DNA from: Lama guanicoe
Lineage: Eukaryota
Direction of reading: 5' to 3'
DNA: 64,000 bases
Assembly: GCA_013239625.1 (NCBI GenBank)
Contig: MU053995.1
Span: forward strand, 496,001 to 560,000
The position numbers were made by a program, and so were the translations under genes. The notes under the pieces are model-generated. The model saw nothing but the letters and a program-made list of their open reading frames with translations. It had not been told where the DNA came from and made no database searches. Positions 1 through 13,659 of this stretch are shown here, in pieces. Position 1 is the first letter of the stretch. The number at the start of each line of letters is the position of its first letter.

Positions 1-208
1 TAGTTTATGTGCAGTTTTCCATGAAAGTTATTTTGACATATTTCATGTAGAAGTTTTATAGATACAGTGATTTGATTATATTTCAAATAAGGAATAAAAG
101 CCAGGAAGAAAAATATTTATTACAATCTTTGGTTTCCACAATACAATGGCATAAACTGTGTCTACGAAGAAAATCAAAATGTTTGAAAACCAAGAAAAAT
201 AACCTTTA

Positions 209-473
209 TATTCATCCCTCCATATCTGTGGGTTCTGCATCCATGGATTCAACCATGGATCTAAAACTTTTTTTTTATTCCAGAAAGTTCCAAAAAGCAA
301 AACTTGAATCTGCCACACAATGGCAACTACTTACATAGGATTTATATTATATTAGGTGTTGAAGTAATCTAGAGATTCTGTGCCATTTTATATAAGGGAT
401 TTTATAACTTCAGATTTTTGACATCTGTAGGGTGCCCTGGTACTAATCCTCAGGAGATACCAAGGAATAGCTG
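209..473 (-). mobile_element. MER2/Tigger-derived non-autonomous DNA transposon (TcMar-Tigger), decayed
   Basis: Ends ccctccatatctgtgggttctgcatccatggattcaacc and ...gataccaaggaatagctg, plus internal gtaatctagagat and gccattttatataaggga, match the MER2-type consensus as I recall it. Boundaries approximate. Confidence 0.7.
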
Positions 474-959
474 ACTATATTGATTTGGTTCTAATTAACC
501 TTTTCTGTAATAAATTTGTTAGGGTTGCCTTTTTAAGCATTATTTATCCTACTTACAGCATATTTATACATACACTATATACCGGATAAATATGTTGTAT
601 CATTTGGGTGGATTAATAAATGAATAAGCCTTGGTAACATTTGATTAATTGGCTGTTGATGCTTTCTTAAATATTCAACTTCTGAAGAACCTGACTCTTA
701 AGGGCCCTGTAAACTATTCATTATAAACCATTGGTTTTACATTTTATTAAAGAATGACCATTGGTTTTCTTGCTGTATTATTGGGATCATGGCTAAATAT
801 ATACCTGTTTCAAAGTTGTGATTGGTAGTTTAACTTAATTCCAACTATACTGAGTAAATGTTCTTTCATTAGCTATGTATATGCTGTCAGTAATCACAAA
901 TGGGTAGATACATATTTTGACTGAAACACATTTGTTGTTGATACTTTCATTTGTATTTT

Positions 960-2995
960 ATATAGTTTTATACATTGTTGAGCAGCTATGAACACCATCC
1001 ATGCCCTTAACTCTTTCCATCTTATAAACCTGAAACTCTATACTCATCAAATAGTAACATCATTGTCCCCACCCAACCCACTAGCAACTACCATTTATAC
1101 TTTCTGTGGTATTGTATATCCACGTACTTGTAAGTGGAATCATGCATGCAATATTTGTCTTTTTTGTGACTGGCTTATTTCACTTAGCATGATGTCCTCA
1201 AGATTTATGTCATAATTTATGTCAGAATTTCCTTCATTTTTAAAGCTCTGTAGTATTCCATTCTAGGTATATGCTGCATTTTGCTTATTTATTCATCTGT
1301 CAAAGAACACATGGATTATGTCCACATTTCAGCTATTGTGAACAGAGCTACACTAACATGCATATACAAATGGGTGTTTTTTAGTCTATTTTTAATTCTT
1401 TTGGATAAATAATATGAGTTGCTGGATCTTACGATAATTCTGCTTTTAATTTTTTGAGGAACTGCTCTACTGTATTTCACAGAGGCTCACCATTTTAAAT
1501 TCCTACCAACAGTGCACAGAGGTTCCATTTTCTCCACATCTTCCCTAAAACTTGCTATTTTTCTGAGATGGGGATGTAATCTTTAGGGTTTTCTATGTAT
1601 AAGATTATGTCATCTGCAAACATCATTTTACGTCTTCCTTTCCAATTTGGATACCTTTTATTTTGTTTGCTACTAAATTAATTTGGCCAGAACTTACAAT
1701 ACTGTGTTGAATGAAGGTGAAAGTGGACATCTATGTCTTGCTCCTGGTCTTAGAAGAAAGTATTGTAGTCTTTTACCATTGGATATGATGTACAGTGTAG
1801 GTTTTTCATACATGCTTTTATTATGTTGAGGTAGTATCCTATTCCTATTTTGTTATGTGGAAAGTTGTTGATTTTGTCAAATGTGTTTTCTGCATTGAGA
1901 TAACCATGTATTTTTTTTTCCCTTTATTCTATTGATAGGGTATATTATGTTGATTCACTTTGATTGACTTTTTTTAAATTGAAGTATAGTCAGTATACAA
2001 TGTTGTATCAAATTCTAATCGACAGCATAGTGATTCAGTCATGCACATATATGTATATTTGTTTTCATATTTTTCATTATAGGCTTCTATGAGATATTGA
2101 ATATAGTTTCCTGTGCTGTACCCAAGAAACTTGTTTTGTCTCTTTTATATGTAGTAGTTAGTATCTGCAAATCTTAAACTCTCAGTTTATTCCATACCAC
2201 CCCCTTTACCCCTTGGTAACCATAAGTTTGTTTTCTGTGTCTGTGAGTCTGTTTCTGTTTTGTAAATAAGTTCATTTGTGTCTTTTTTTTTTTTCACGTA
2301 TGAGTGATATGGTATTTTTTTCCTTGCTTGCTTACTTCACTTAGAATGATAATTTGCAGATCTATCCATGTTGCTGCAGGTAGCATTATTGTATTTTTTT
2401 TATGGCTGAGTAGTATTTGATTCCATATGTATATGTGTGTGTGTACATATATATATATATATAAACATACATACATACACATACACGCCACATCTTCCTT
2501 ATCCAGTCATCTATTGATGGACACTTAGATTGCTTCCATGTTTTGGCTATTGTAAATAGTGCTGATTTGAATATTAAGGTGCATGTGTTATTTTCTTGCT
2601 GTGTTTGTTTTGGGGGTTTGATAATTTTCTCTTGTATTATGGTTGAATTCTCCTCTTTTGGGGTTTTTTTTTTTTTAACTGTATTGTATGTTTTTGATTA
2701 ATGATTTTTCATTTCTACATCTGCTTGATTTAGACTGATCATCATATAGGTCAAACACAATTTTTAAAAATCTACTTTTCTTACTCCCCTTCTCCACATT
2801 TTATGATTTTGATCTTGTACATCTTCATGTTTATTCTTTTGCTATTGATCATATTTATCATTGTACTTCCAATTGTGATTTTCTCTTTTCTATAGATTCT
2901 TGGGGTTTTTTTTTTTTCCATTTACATAATACCTTCCAATATTTCTTTTACAATAGTTTAAGTATTGCTATATTTTTTGTTTTTCCTTGTCTAAG
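960..2995 (-). mobile_element. Nested LINE-1 fragments (old 3'UTR/ORF2 pieces plus a younger L1 3' end at about 1970-2590)
   Basis: Typical antisense L1 text (ggcttatttcacttagcatgatgtcc, tggctattgtaaatagtgctg). ORF 2294-2491 gives an L1 ORF2 C-terminal-like AATWIDLQIIILSEVS. Confidence 0.85.
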
Positions 2996-3051
2996 AAAGG
3001 GTGATTCATTTTAATGCCAGAGCTGTAAAATTCATGTGAAAGATTTTCCAG

Positions 3052-3128
3052 ACCTGAGGCCCAAAGAAGCACTTCAAGCATGTTGCAGCACAGAAGTATT
3101 GGATGCTTGACAAAGAAATGGGTATGTT
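3052..3128 (+). pseudogene. RPS4Y: RPS4Y pseudo-exon 2
   Basis: ttttccag|ACC TGA GGC CCA AAG AAG CAC...GGT ATG TT|gtgagt reads T*GPKKHFKHVAAQKYWMLDKEMGM, versus RPS4 [26 protein letters not shown]. It is 77 nt, one short of the canonical 78. Confidence 0.92.
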
Positions 3129-5050
3129 GTGAGTGTGATTGTATTTGCTCCTTGGTCATAAATAAATGCTAAAGGCCTACCACTTGCATTTTCATAGGAA
3201 CAATCTTTGCTTTACTCATTGTATGCATGGATATTTTTCCCTTGAGTTATGGCAGGTAGATGTTTACAGAGGTTTCCTGTACTCTCTTTCAAGAGTACCT
3301 TTAGGAAAAGTTTCTGACATTCTCATCAGAAAATGATGGCTCAGATAGCCCTCTGTACCTCTGTGTTATCCTCCACTTTGACCACTGTTTTATGATCCGT
3401 AATTTCATGGGGAATCAGGACAGTACATAATTTAGTAGCTACCTACTGATAGGGCAGTGCATGGCAGGCATGTTTTAGGCCCCTGTGGGTATGTCTGGGT
3501 AAAAGATATTTCTGTAAAACAGCAACAACACCATCCCTTTCTTCTTGAAACTTATGCTCTACTGGGAGGAGAGAGATGTTTACCCTAAATCCACAGCTGA
3601 TAAAACGTATTGGGGAAGAGAAGTAGAGCGCTGAGAAGAAAGTCAGGAAATGAGGTTGGGATGATTGGTTTAAAGAGGAAGCAATAGTAAAGCTGCTTTC
3701 AGTCAGATAGAGGGACGTAAATGAGGCATTGCAGATCTTAATGTTTCCAAAAGATCTGTCTAGCTGTTACAAACGGGGATTTTTGCAAATTGTATTATGC
3801 CGGGCAACCCTTCCTAAATGATGCTCCTACTGTACTGCATAATATTTGCACTTTTGTCTAGATGACAGAGTCAGATTCACTGGCATGTCACATTCTGGGC
3901 CAACAGGCACCAGGGGTGTTGACGAATCCTCTGTGGTGGTCTCCTTTCCTCTCAGAGTCCCCACTTTAGAGTAGGCTTGTTGAGCCCAGACCCCAGTCGT
4001 CTCAAATATAACAAGGTCTAGGTTAAAAAAACGATATTAATGTAGAACATGTGAAATTACTACAAATAATAAGTGCAGGTAGTTTTAAGTTAATTATCTT
4101 AAAAGTTGAAATGGCTGTTTTTTGTTGAACCCAAGTTACTGATTTAACAGCAAAGACTGCAGGAGCCCTCAAAAAGAGGAAGCAGTTGGGTGAGCAGTCA
4201 ACATGAGGCAGGAAGTTGAGTTACTGAAACTGAACTGACAAGCTAGCAGAGGGTTTGAAGATGAGGAGAGCATGACCAGAGGCAAGATACTGAGGAATGC
4301 TAAGCACATAACTAGAAGTTTCTTGGTGGGTAAGGGTCTGACAAGGAACAGATGGTCAATGCCTGCTTAGCATGGATCATCTTTGATGGTATGGTGAGAC
4401 TGAGGGACAGTGGTGATGCCACGTGAAAGGCTTGGTGTTCTGAGTATGGAGAGGAAGCAGTGGGACTGAGGAGGGGAATTCAAAATGCCAAAGGTTTTAA
4501 GCAGGAATAAATGTGAGATTACTTAGGGGGTGATTTTCAGCTCCCCGGGACTCCTTGCAGGAGACACTTGGTAACTAACTTGATGAATTATTGTTCCCTT
4601 CTTGGCACCATTTGAACTCCTAGGTAATTGAAATCTGTGTTCCTTGCCCTGGGTTTTCAGAGAGAGCTTGGAGTGCTTGCTGTGTACAGCCCTGCATCTG
4701 TGACCCAAATGTCAGATTCTGCTTCAAGTGCTACCCCTGCAACTGCCATGCAGCATCCAACCCCTCTGGGCTTGTAACTCTTTCCACACTTGTTGAATAT
4801 GAATGACTGAGGACTCCATTTTGAAGAATAATTAGGACAAACCTTGTGTTGGTAACGTACTCCACCTTTCTCCCCAGTAATTCTATAGTTGATGATCATG
4901 TGTCTCCAAGAAGGAGAAAGAAAAAGAATAAGCTTCAAAAGATTCTCTGTTGGAAAGAATTACTATTTGAGCCCATTATCTGCTAAATCTGGGTAAGGGT
5001 GGATCTTTACCAAGAGATATCTGATTGGCTACCACTGTCTATTTTTATAG

Positions 5051-5236
5051 GCACCTAACCCATATACAGGGAACCTCACCATAAGGTGAGGGAGTAGCTC
5101 TCCTCTCATAATCTTCCTCAGGAAAAACTCAAGTATGCAATGGCTGGAGATGAGGTAAAGAAGAGATGTATACAAGACTTTATCAGAATCAATAGCAAAG
5201 CTCAAACTGATGTCACATACTCTATCGGATTCACAA
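5051..5236 (+). pseudogene. RPS4Y: RPS4Y pseudo-exon 3
   Basis: atttttatag|GCACCT...TTCACAA|gtaaat reads APNPYTG..(indels)..PLIIFLR/LKYAMAGDEVKKRCIQDFIRINSKAQTDVTYSIGFT, versus [60 protein letters not shown]. Confidence 0.92.
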
Positions 5237-5820
5237 GTAAATAGTGTTCTTTGTGATGAAGAAAGAACAGATTGAGACAAAGAACAAGATACAAGAGTTA
5301 CATGGTCAGAATTAGAGCATGTTTTCCTACTTTGTTGTTGTGATGGTGACATAACCATTCTCTGTCAGATCTCCATAGACCCTCTTGGGGCTTGGTGGGA
5401 GGGGTGAGCAGGAGAGGGAGTGAGGGCTCACACCCTTCTGGGAAGAAGGTGAGCTGAGAGAGGTGGTAGGGAAGAACACTTAGTAATTCTGCCCTAGTGT
5501 TTTGTCCACTGTTTTTTCCCACACTGGCAGATTCAATATAGTTTTTTATCTGGAAAACTGGAAGTTCTTGCTTTATCAGGGACATAAAGGCTTATGAGGC
5601 AGTAAGTTCCTGGAAAGGGCTTTCTCCAGTATTCAGCCACTTAGAGAACTTTTTTTCCCTTTGTTCTTTTTGTTAGTGCTGCTGCATTCTCGCTCTTTCC
5701 TTCTCAAAACTTCAGACCCACAGGCAGGACTCTCAATGAGATAGATGATTTCCTGAGGGAGTAAATGGATAAGTCTGTTTTATGGAAGTCTGACAAGACT
5801 TGCCTGCTCATACATTCACT

Positions 5821-5836
5821 TGTGTGTGTGTGTGTG
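5821..5836. repeat. (TG)8 microsatellite
   Basis: Read directly from the sequence. Confidence 0.9.
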
Positions 5837-6133
5837 TTTTGCCCACACTGTACTGAGAGTGCATGTGTCTCTGCTGAGTGGTTTAACCCAGAGCAGTCTT
5901 AAAACTTTATCATACAGGTAAGAAATGGTAGAGCAACCATAGTCACTTTCCTTTATGGCATTTACTGGGATGTGTCCAGTTGCTGACTGTTTTGATTCAA
6001 GCAGAGTCATCAAATATTGGGGTCTGCCAGCTTAGTAAGATATTCTTGGGTTTGGCATGGCATAATGTGCTTCTGCTGCTTAGGCAAAAGCACCTCTGCA
6101 TTAATGATGTCACTTATACATACTTGTTATCAG

Positions 6134-6231
6134 ATGTCATTAGTATCCAGGAAACCAGTGGCCATTTCCACCTGGTCTTTGACACCAAGGGCCGTTTTGC
6201 TGTTGACTGTATAAAAATGTAAGAGGCAAAG
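6134..6231 (+). pseudogene. RPS4Y: RPS4Y pseudo-exon 4
   Basis: gttatcag|ATGTCATT...GAGGCAAAG|gtaagt, 98 nt. Reads [32 protein letters not shown] (TAA at 6220-6222), versus [33 protein letters not shown]. Confidence 0.95.
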
Positions 6232-9200
6232 GTAAGTCATGTGAGCCAAGTGGACTTGGTCATTTTCCAGTCAGATAAATCCATTAATAAGAGGGAATTT
6301 GGGCCAGATTCCAGGGATATTTACAACTTCTAGTCCCTAGGGTCACATTTTCTTGTTACGTTTTGTTGATGAGATTGAGTGATAAATGCATACACTTCCA
6401 CCAGTTGGTGTATAATAATGAATTTTCACACAGGGCTGTTGCTGGACAGAGTACTAATTTAGTAACTCAGTCTCTGACAGACAGGAATTTTTGCAGAGGA
6501 AAAGACTTGTCATCCTGAAGTTCTGGATAGAAATCTTGACACTTCCATTCCTTAATTTTGCGACCTCTGGTGAAACTATGTAGGCTTTCTGGAGCATTTG
6601 TTTCCTCAACAAATTGTGACAATGCACTTCCTTGCTGGGTTGCTCTAAGGATTTGAAGAGCATGTTAGTAAGACTGCTGCCTGGAACATACTAGGTAATG
6701 GAATAAACTCTATATCTATGACAGCCCACCCCAAACCCATCCCCAAATTAACAGTTACATACATTGCATTTTGAGGAAACTTTCAAGGTAGTGTCTTTCT
6801 GTTTGGAGAAGTCCATTCTTCCTTTGCACTGGAAACACATTTTGGGAAACCAAGATCACCCCCAAGTCATCTATTCCTCTCTTCTCTGTATTTGAGGTTT
6901 GGGGGTAGCTTATCCTTATCCATTCCACATATAACCCAGGCACCCATATGGTGACCAAATGCCACCTCAAAGTGATCTTCATTCTTGTGTCCCAAAGAGT
7001 GTCAGGCAGCAGCAGAATTGTCAAATGGCTACACTGGATTTGAAATTTTAACCTTGTGCCAAAGCTGAGAGATCTGGGAGGTGTTGGTTAAGCTTGTTTA
7101 TTTGCTGATTACTTCTCTGGGGAGATGGCTGAAGCATTGCCTATTACTGCCACACCTAGGTTGGCTTGAGCCAACAGTGACAGATCACAGAACTGTATGG
7201 GGCAGGACTTCCTGGGGCCTCAAGAATGACAGGGCACATCTCGGCATTTTTTCATAAATATTATTAGTCTGCCAGGCTAATTATAAATTATTGAAGAGGC
7301 AGAGAACCAAACCACCAAAAAATCTAGAAAGGGATAATCAGGTCTCTTCAGAAATGCTCAGACTGATGGTTTTAAGGCATGTTTTCCCCCTTGGAATTAA
7401 TGGAAATTAATGGAAGACCAAGAGAGTGGAAGTCACTGGATGTGAGAGTGAGAGATTGCATCTTTCTGTGGTTGCAACAAATTTAGTAGATTGGAGAAAG
7501 AAGAAATTATGGCAGGGAACACATTCATGATGAACTTGCTAAATACTAATGGGAACTAAGGCAGTGACTAATCTAAAGAGTAGGGCTGGGTTGAATGCAG
7601 TTCAGATCTTGAAATAAATGGATAGCTGAGACAGCAGTGAGAGGATGATGCCTTAATGCTGTACTTTCAGCTTGTGTTAGTGAAAACTCGAGGTAGATAG
7701 GCATAAGAGGTAAGTCTCTGATTATTGAAATACAGAACAGAAACACTGCTGAGAGGGATTACAAAGAAGCTCTGTCTGAGAGGTAGGACTGAGTATGACT
7801 AAAGGAATCCCCATTTATGGCACTGGGCAGTTTGTGTTCAGTGATGGTGGCGATGGTGAAATATCAGAGAGAGATTTCCCTTTGTGTACTGTGTGAACAA
7901 CAGACCTAAGCAGTATATATTCTGTTTGTTGAGACCTATAACAGATGGGTTAAAGAAAGCAAAAAGATGAAGTCACAATGCATCTAATAACTGGAGAGGC
8001 ATTCATGGTCTTGGATTACCATTCTTGAACATTGTGAAGTTAGCAGTTCTCCCCGAAGAAGAAGATAAGGAAGGGACTAGAAAGGGACAACTAGATAAAC
8101 ATGGATGCTGAAAGGACCATGCTTGCCCATTTGTTTCTAGGGAAATAGAGGTTAGTGCAAAAGGAGATGATCATAACCACGAGTATAGAGCGTGTATTTG
8201 GCAGACTGAATACAGGAAACCACAGGTGGAGGGGACAGAAAGTCAAAGTCAATTTCCAGCAAAGATGAAAACTGAGTAGTCAGCTTTGTTTCTAAGGTAG
8301 GCCATGGACGAATTTTTTTTAATTAATTCAGGTATGCATTGTAGAAAAGGTAGCAGAAACTTAAGCAGATCTCCTGAATCTGTTGAATGGAAGGGGCAGG
8401 GTAGAGAGTTTTCTATGGAATCTAATGTTTGAGATTTAATTTAGATGATGATATCAGGCTTCATTGGGCAGTGAAAGTGGGGCTCATTCCAGATGGGGAG
8501 AATGCTTATAGTGTGTATGCATAAAGGGAGCCCATGGAAGAATCCAGGATGTTATATGGAAGGAGATATGGAAGGAGATATGTTAGAGGATGAAAATATG
8601 ACTGGGAATGGTGTAAGGGTTGGGGGTCAAGGAACATGGAACTAGTGGTGTATGGGACATGTCCTTCACTGGCCGAAGGGAAAGGGAAGAAGACTGACTT
8701 AAGTAATCTGCTGAAGATGCTGTAGGAGAGAAGAGAGGCATTGAAAGCCTGAACTTGGACAGCAGCAGTAGAAAAGAAAATGGTTTGCAGATACTAAACT
8801 CAGTAAGAAGAAGCCATAGGACTTGCAGAAGGGCCAGGCATGTTACAGGTGGTGATGTGATTACAAGTCAGAGATCATTGCTGGAAACACTTTCAAGCAG
8901 AGAGGTGGCAGAGCTGAGGTTTCCTTTTGGTAGGATTATACTCAAGAGAAAAAGTCAAGTCTTTTTCTCCAGATTTTCTATCTCTGAGAGGACTCAGAGA
9001 TTGACACATTCTGCAAGTTCCCCTGCCCAAGACTATCCCTTGAATGTGTCTGTTTTACTCCTAGAAAAGTCTGACTTTTACTTTCTCCTACCCCCAGCCC
9101 TCTTCTCCATATATCTCAGACATTTTATAAGCAATTGTTTTGGAGTCCTTTAGCTCAAGTAGACTTCTTTTCATCCATTATATCCTTGATCTTTCACGGC

Positions 9201-11654
9201 CTTGAACTTGCCTGTATACACAACCTAATCCAGACCTCAGTCTCTGATCTGGCACTTTGCTCCACCTTAGAGACTGAGTCCCCATACCTGGAATTAAGGA
9301 TTGAATTGGGGAGACAGGAGGGGGAGGGCAAATGGGAGACAGTGGAAAGACGTTACAGTTTTTAAATGTAGGACAACTAAGATGTAATTGGGTTTCTGCA
9401 GATGTTGAGGTTACCCCAGTGTTAAGAGGTTTAGCATTTTACCCACCTGGCATTTACCCTGCGAATGATCTAACCTTGTAGTTACTGAATATCTACATTC
9501 TTGGCAAGTTGGACAATTTCTAAACAAGAGGGCCCAGTATGTAATTCTGAGCTATTTGGCTACATTAGCATTTAGAGGACAATTAAAGTGGTAGAAGTTG
9601 ATATGCAGAAAGCCTGCTGAGGCTGGCTTTTGCAAGACTACTCAAGTGTACCATTAAAAGTTTTTGCCTGCCTTGGACTTACTCTTTTAGAGTGCTGCAA
9701 ACATGGTCAATTGATTACATACAAAGGATAGATTCAGAGCTATATTTTAAATTACTATTGCTGGAAAGTTTACAGGTACCTCATTCATTTGTTGAATAGT
9801 TACAGAATATATTCTGTATCTCACAAGCAAGTAATCTGTGTTGTTTCAAGGATCGAGACACACTTTGGAGTTTGTGGGTTAATAGTTCCAGTATAGAAGT
9901 CCTCACATGATGGAGGGAGGTGACTTGGCACTGGAGACATCTTTAAAAAGATTTGCCAGACAGAATTTTATATGTAGTGAATAATGACTTTTACGTAGTT
10001 AAGGGCAAATGCCCTTGTGTGCAAGGCTTTCAGTTTGGTGCTGTGGTAGAGAAGTGAAGAGATGGTAGTGTTGCTACCCAAGCAGAAATTGTTGATTATT
10101 AAACGATCTGCAAAAAGTACAAGGAGAAAAAATTTTATATATGTCTGTTTCCCTTCCCCCAACCATCACCAATGACTGTTAGCTAAAATGACTCCGTTTG
10201 CATTGTTCCCAACTCAGCCGAGAGAGCATATCATATCATTCAAGTGATACACAGGAAAAAATGGAGGATGGCAGGTAGAGTTGAACTGTGAGTATGTCCC
10301 ATTATGCATGCCAGTAGAGTCTATTGGACTTGTCTAGCCTGTAATATTTGGAGCTTATGAGTCAGGGTGAAAGGAGAGCAGGATTAGCTTCCCCTGAATG
10401 TATTTTAGCGTCACTCAACTAAGATTAACCGGATGCTTCAGAATGCTACATCCTCAAAATGTGCGAGATGATTGGAAATTCTCAGAAGACCAAAAGATAT
10501 TGCATCAAGACATAGAAAGGGCTGAGCTAGAGAGGTCCGAATTTATTCTGAATTAGGGGCAATAATAGTAAAAGGAATTTAAGTAACTGTGTGTTGAGCC
10601 ATTTTTAAGTTAGGGCTGCAGTTTCAAGGTTCTCTTTTCTGGTCATCTAGGACAGTGAGTTCCTTTAAAAGCATGGAGTAGAGCTCAACAGGCTGCTAAC
10701 TAGTAATATAGCATTAAATTTCTCAAAACAGTTCTTAATTGGAAAAGTGGTTACTGTATGGAAGTACAGTGTGCTGGCACTGTGAAAGACTGGGAATGCA
10801 AAGATGAGGAGAAAGTGAGGGAAAGGTACTCATGAGCAGGTAGGTGGTGGTTGGGTTTTATGTTACCAGGGCTTCCAGATGCTTGGATAAAATGAAGTGT
10901 AAGCTGTTCTTGTCCTTCATAAGGTTAGGACAGGGAAGTGGACAGATACAAAACTGCTTTCAACACCCTGGACATTTTGTCTTTGTCCTTGTTTTCGTAC
11001 CTTAGAGGACTTCTTTATCTCCTATAACAGAATACCTTGAATATTTTACATCTCAGAACCTAATGCTTTGTATTGAAATTGATTGTACATTGGGTATTCC
11101 TCACCTTCCTAGGATTTGTATCCTTCAGTTAAAGGAATGCCTCAAATCATGTTCAGTGTCTTAATAGCAGAACCACCAGCACCATCATTACACAAAACAC
11201 AACCCAGCTACCCTCAGGCATCATGTTCACTACCATAGTCACCTGGGTATACACTTGGTCTGCTTTGCTCCATTCCTGCCCCATTCCTGTGATCATTTCT
11301 GCCCTTGCAAGATACATCCAAATTCATTTTGCAGGCCCTGAACTTTCAAAGGATTTCTCTTCTATCTCTTACCACACCTGCCAATAGAACAGAAATTTTA
11401 CTTATTGCAACTTTTGTGAGTGTGTGGGCAAGAATATTTCTGCTGTTTTGCTCTTTATTGCCAAACAGAAGTCTGAACCCAGAGGCATTCCTGAAGTTGC
11501 TGATTTGGGGTTAATTGTGTGTTGGCAGAGCAGTTGGATTCACTTTTGGTTTTCCCTTTTGAAAGAAAAGTTCTTAGCCAGCCTAATTTCCACCTGGTGT
11601 GTCTCTGGCTTTCTTGACTTTTCATTGGCATGTTTGCCCAATGTATTAATTTTT

Positions 11655-11690
11655 TTACATTTTTTTTATTGAGTTATAGTCATTTTACAA
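11655..11690 (-). mobile_element. Extreme 3' tip of young L1 abutting the SINE tail
   Basis: ttacattttttttattgagttatagtcattttacaa matches the 3' termini of the L1 copies at about 57717 and 61462. Confidence 0.75.
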
Positions 11691-11821
11691 AGTTGGTTGC
11701 TTTGGGTGGGTGGGTGGAGGAAATTGAGTTTATTTAATTTTAGAGGAGACAGTGGGGATTGAACCCAGAACCTCATGCATGCTAAGCATGAACTCTACCA
11801 CTTGAGCTATTCCCTCCTCCA
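11691..11821 (-). mobile_element. tRNA-derived SINE (camelid Vic-1-like)
   Basis: Minus strand ggaggagggaaTAGCTCAAGTGGtagagttcatgcttagcatgcatgaggttctgGGTTCAATCCccac contains Pol III A and B boxes, followed by an AT-rich/C-rich tail. Confidence 0.85.
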
Positions 11822-12279
11822 CAGTGTATTAATTTTTATTTCTGTGTTGACCCTGTCTATTTCTGTAAGGTTTTCACTTGGTTGATCAGGTAGGTATCTC
11901 TGACCTGGGAACTAGGCCATATTCATTTCTGTTTTTATTTGGATGCTCAAGAAGTTTGAAAATAAGCATAATTGTTACTTTAATGGTAGTAGACATGAGC
12001 TTTGGGTAGGAGAGGAGTAGGGTTCACTGCAGAGAATGGTGATCAGATGGACATGCCAACCATGGCCTTTGAACTTGGTGGCAATATCCTCTCATCTAAT
12101 TGATTATCCTTTGCCATGTTGGCAAAGCCCAGATTTACATTAACTGCTTGAATTAATAAGGCCTAAGATCCAGAAGTATGTGATGGTGGTGGTCATTGTT
12201 GCCTTCCTGGGTTAGTGGGTTGTATTAAGTAGGTTCATGTCTTTGTAGCACCTCGCACAGTGCTGGATGTGCAGCAGTG

Positions 12280-12500
12280 GAAATAATACTAGCTGACATT
12301 AGTGCTTTGTCAAGTCCTTTATGATCAGTTGTCTTGTTCTGTCCTCTTATCAGTTCTGTTTGGTATAGAAGTGTAGTGTAATTATTCACATTTCACAGAT
12401 GGAAAAAGATTCCATACTTCCTAAGCTGAGGGCACAGTATTTAAATCTAGTACCCTCTTGCATTGGAGGGAGCCCAAGCTTTAGTTACTTTGCTTAACGT
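12280..12500 (-). mobile_element. MIR SINE remnant
   Basis: Degenerate MIR-like core (aataatactagctgacatt...attattcacatttcacagatggaaaa). Confidence 0.45.
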
Positions 12501-13659
12501 GTCCTTCTTTCCCATCTCCAGTGCAGATCACAAGCAATGCTACAAGCAAGCTGGTGAATCGTACTCAGTTATGAGAGCCTAAAGATGGAGTAGGGAGTAG
12601 AATATATAGAGAGGAAATGTGGGAGCTGACTAAAAGAGTAGTCTCTGAGCCCATTTAGTGTGCCCCCTTTAGATGGTTTTCTGGTCATCTGACTCTTTCT
12701 CCCTTGTCCTTTTATTCTACATTTACCTAAATCACTTCCTGACAAGCACCCCAGTATTATGTGCTTGCTTTAAAAAGTGTGATGCTTATTGTATGACATT
12801 TTAAATTTCTATAGTCTTTTTTATCGCAGCAAAGCTGAAAACAACCTACATTTTCACTTTAAAGAGATGACATCCAGTGGGGAATCTGGGTCACATGGAA
12901 TCAGCACTGTACAATCAAATGGGTTATGTTTATATGAGTTAATATTGTTTACAATTAAGAGGCTTCTAAAAATCTCTCTGGAACATAGTAGGCATTGGAT
13001 AACCAGGGGACTAATGAGGCATGTTCTTGTTATGAGGTATTTTGAATAGCTCCCCCTGGTAGAGGTTATTTGAGCTTTACCAGAGTTTCACATGTCAATG
13101 AAGAGAAATAGAAAGTAGATAATAGTGTATACCACCTAAAAGACAATTGAGAGGAAAGGGAATTGTATGCAGAAAGCATCTACCTGTTTGCACAAACCCG
13201 TTTTACCTAACCTGGTCACGTAGACATCATGTTTTTGCAATAGCCAAGTTAAGTTTCTCGCTGCAGCTCTTTGCAGCTGTCTTCCTAGATTTTGTAGGAG
13301 AAGATCTATCTATCAGAAAATAATGTATCTCAGAGAAGCAAATGATAGAAAGGTTGATGTGTGGCTCTTTTAGATGTGTCAATAAATTTTTAACCTGTAG
13401 TTGGTTTAGCTGAGTACTTTTCCAACAGCTGCTAGAAGATTCTGAAACAAAGATGCCCTGTGAGCCAAGATTCCCAAGGGGCTAAATTACTAATTCAGTA
13501 TGGCAGGTTATAAACTCTGAGTGGTTAACAGACTTTTTCCATGACAAATCCCACTCTGCCTGAGAAAAGGCTGAAAATAGATTGGATAATAAGTAAGTGA
13601 CTCTTTTTCCTAATCTTGCTTTTACATTTTAAGTTCGTTTCCTTTACTGTGTGTGATAG

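Noticed and set aside
7400..8950. Purine-rich stretch with ORF 8755-9153 and small duplications (atatggaaggag x2)
   Set aside because: Probably an ancient L2 remnant within RPS4Y intron 4. It is too decayed to bound and has no coding support.
11750..11821. tRNA-like sequence
   Set aside because: It is the head of a SINE, with tail and TSD, and lacks a proper acceptor stem.
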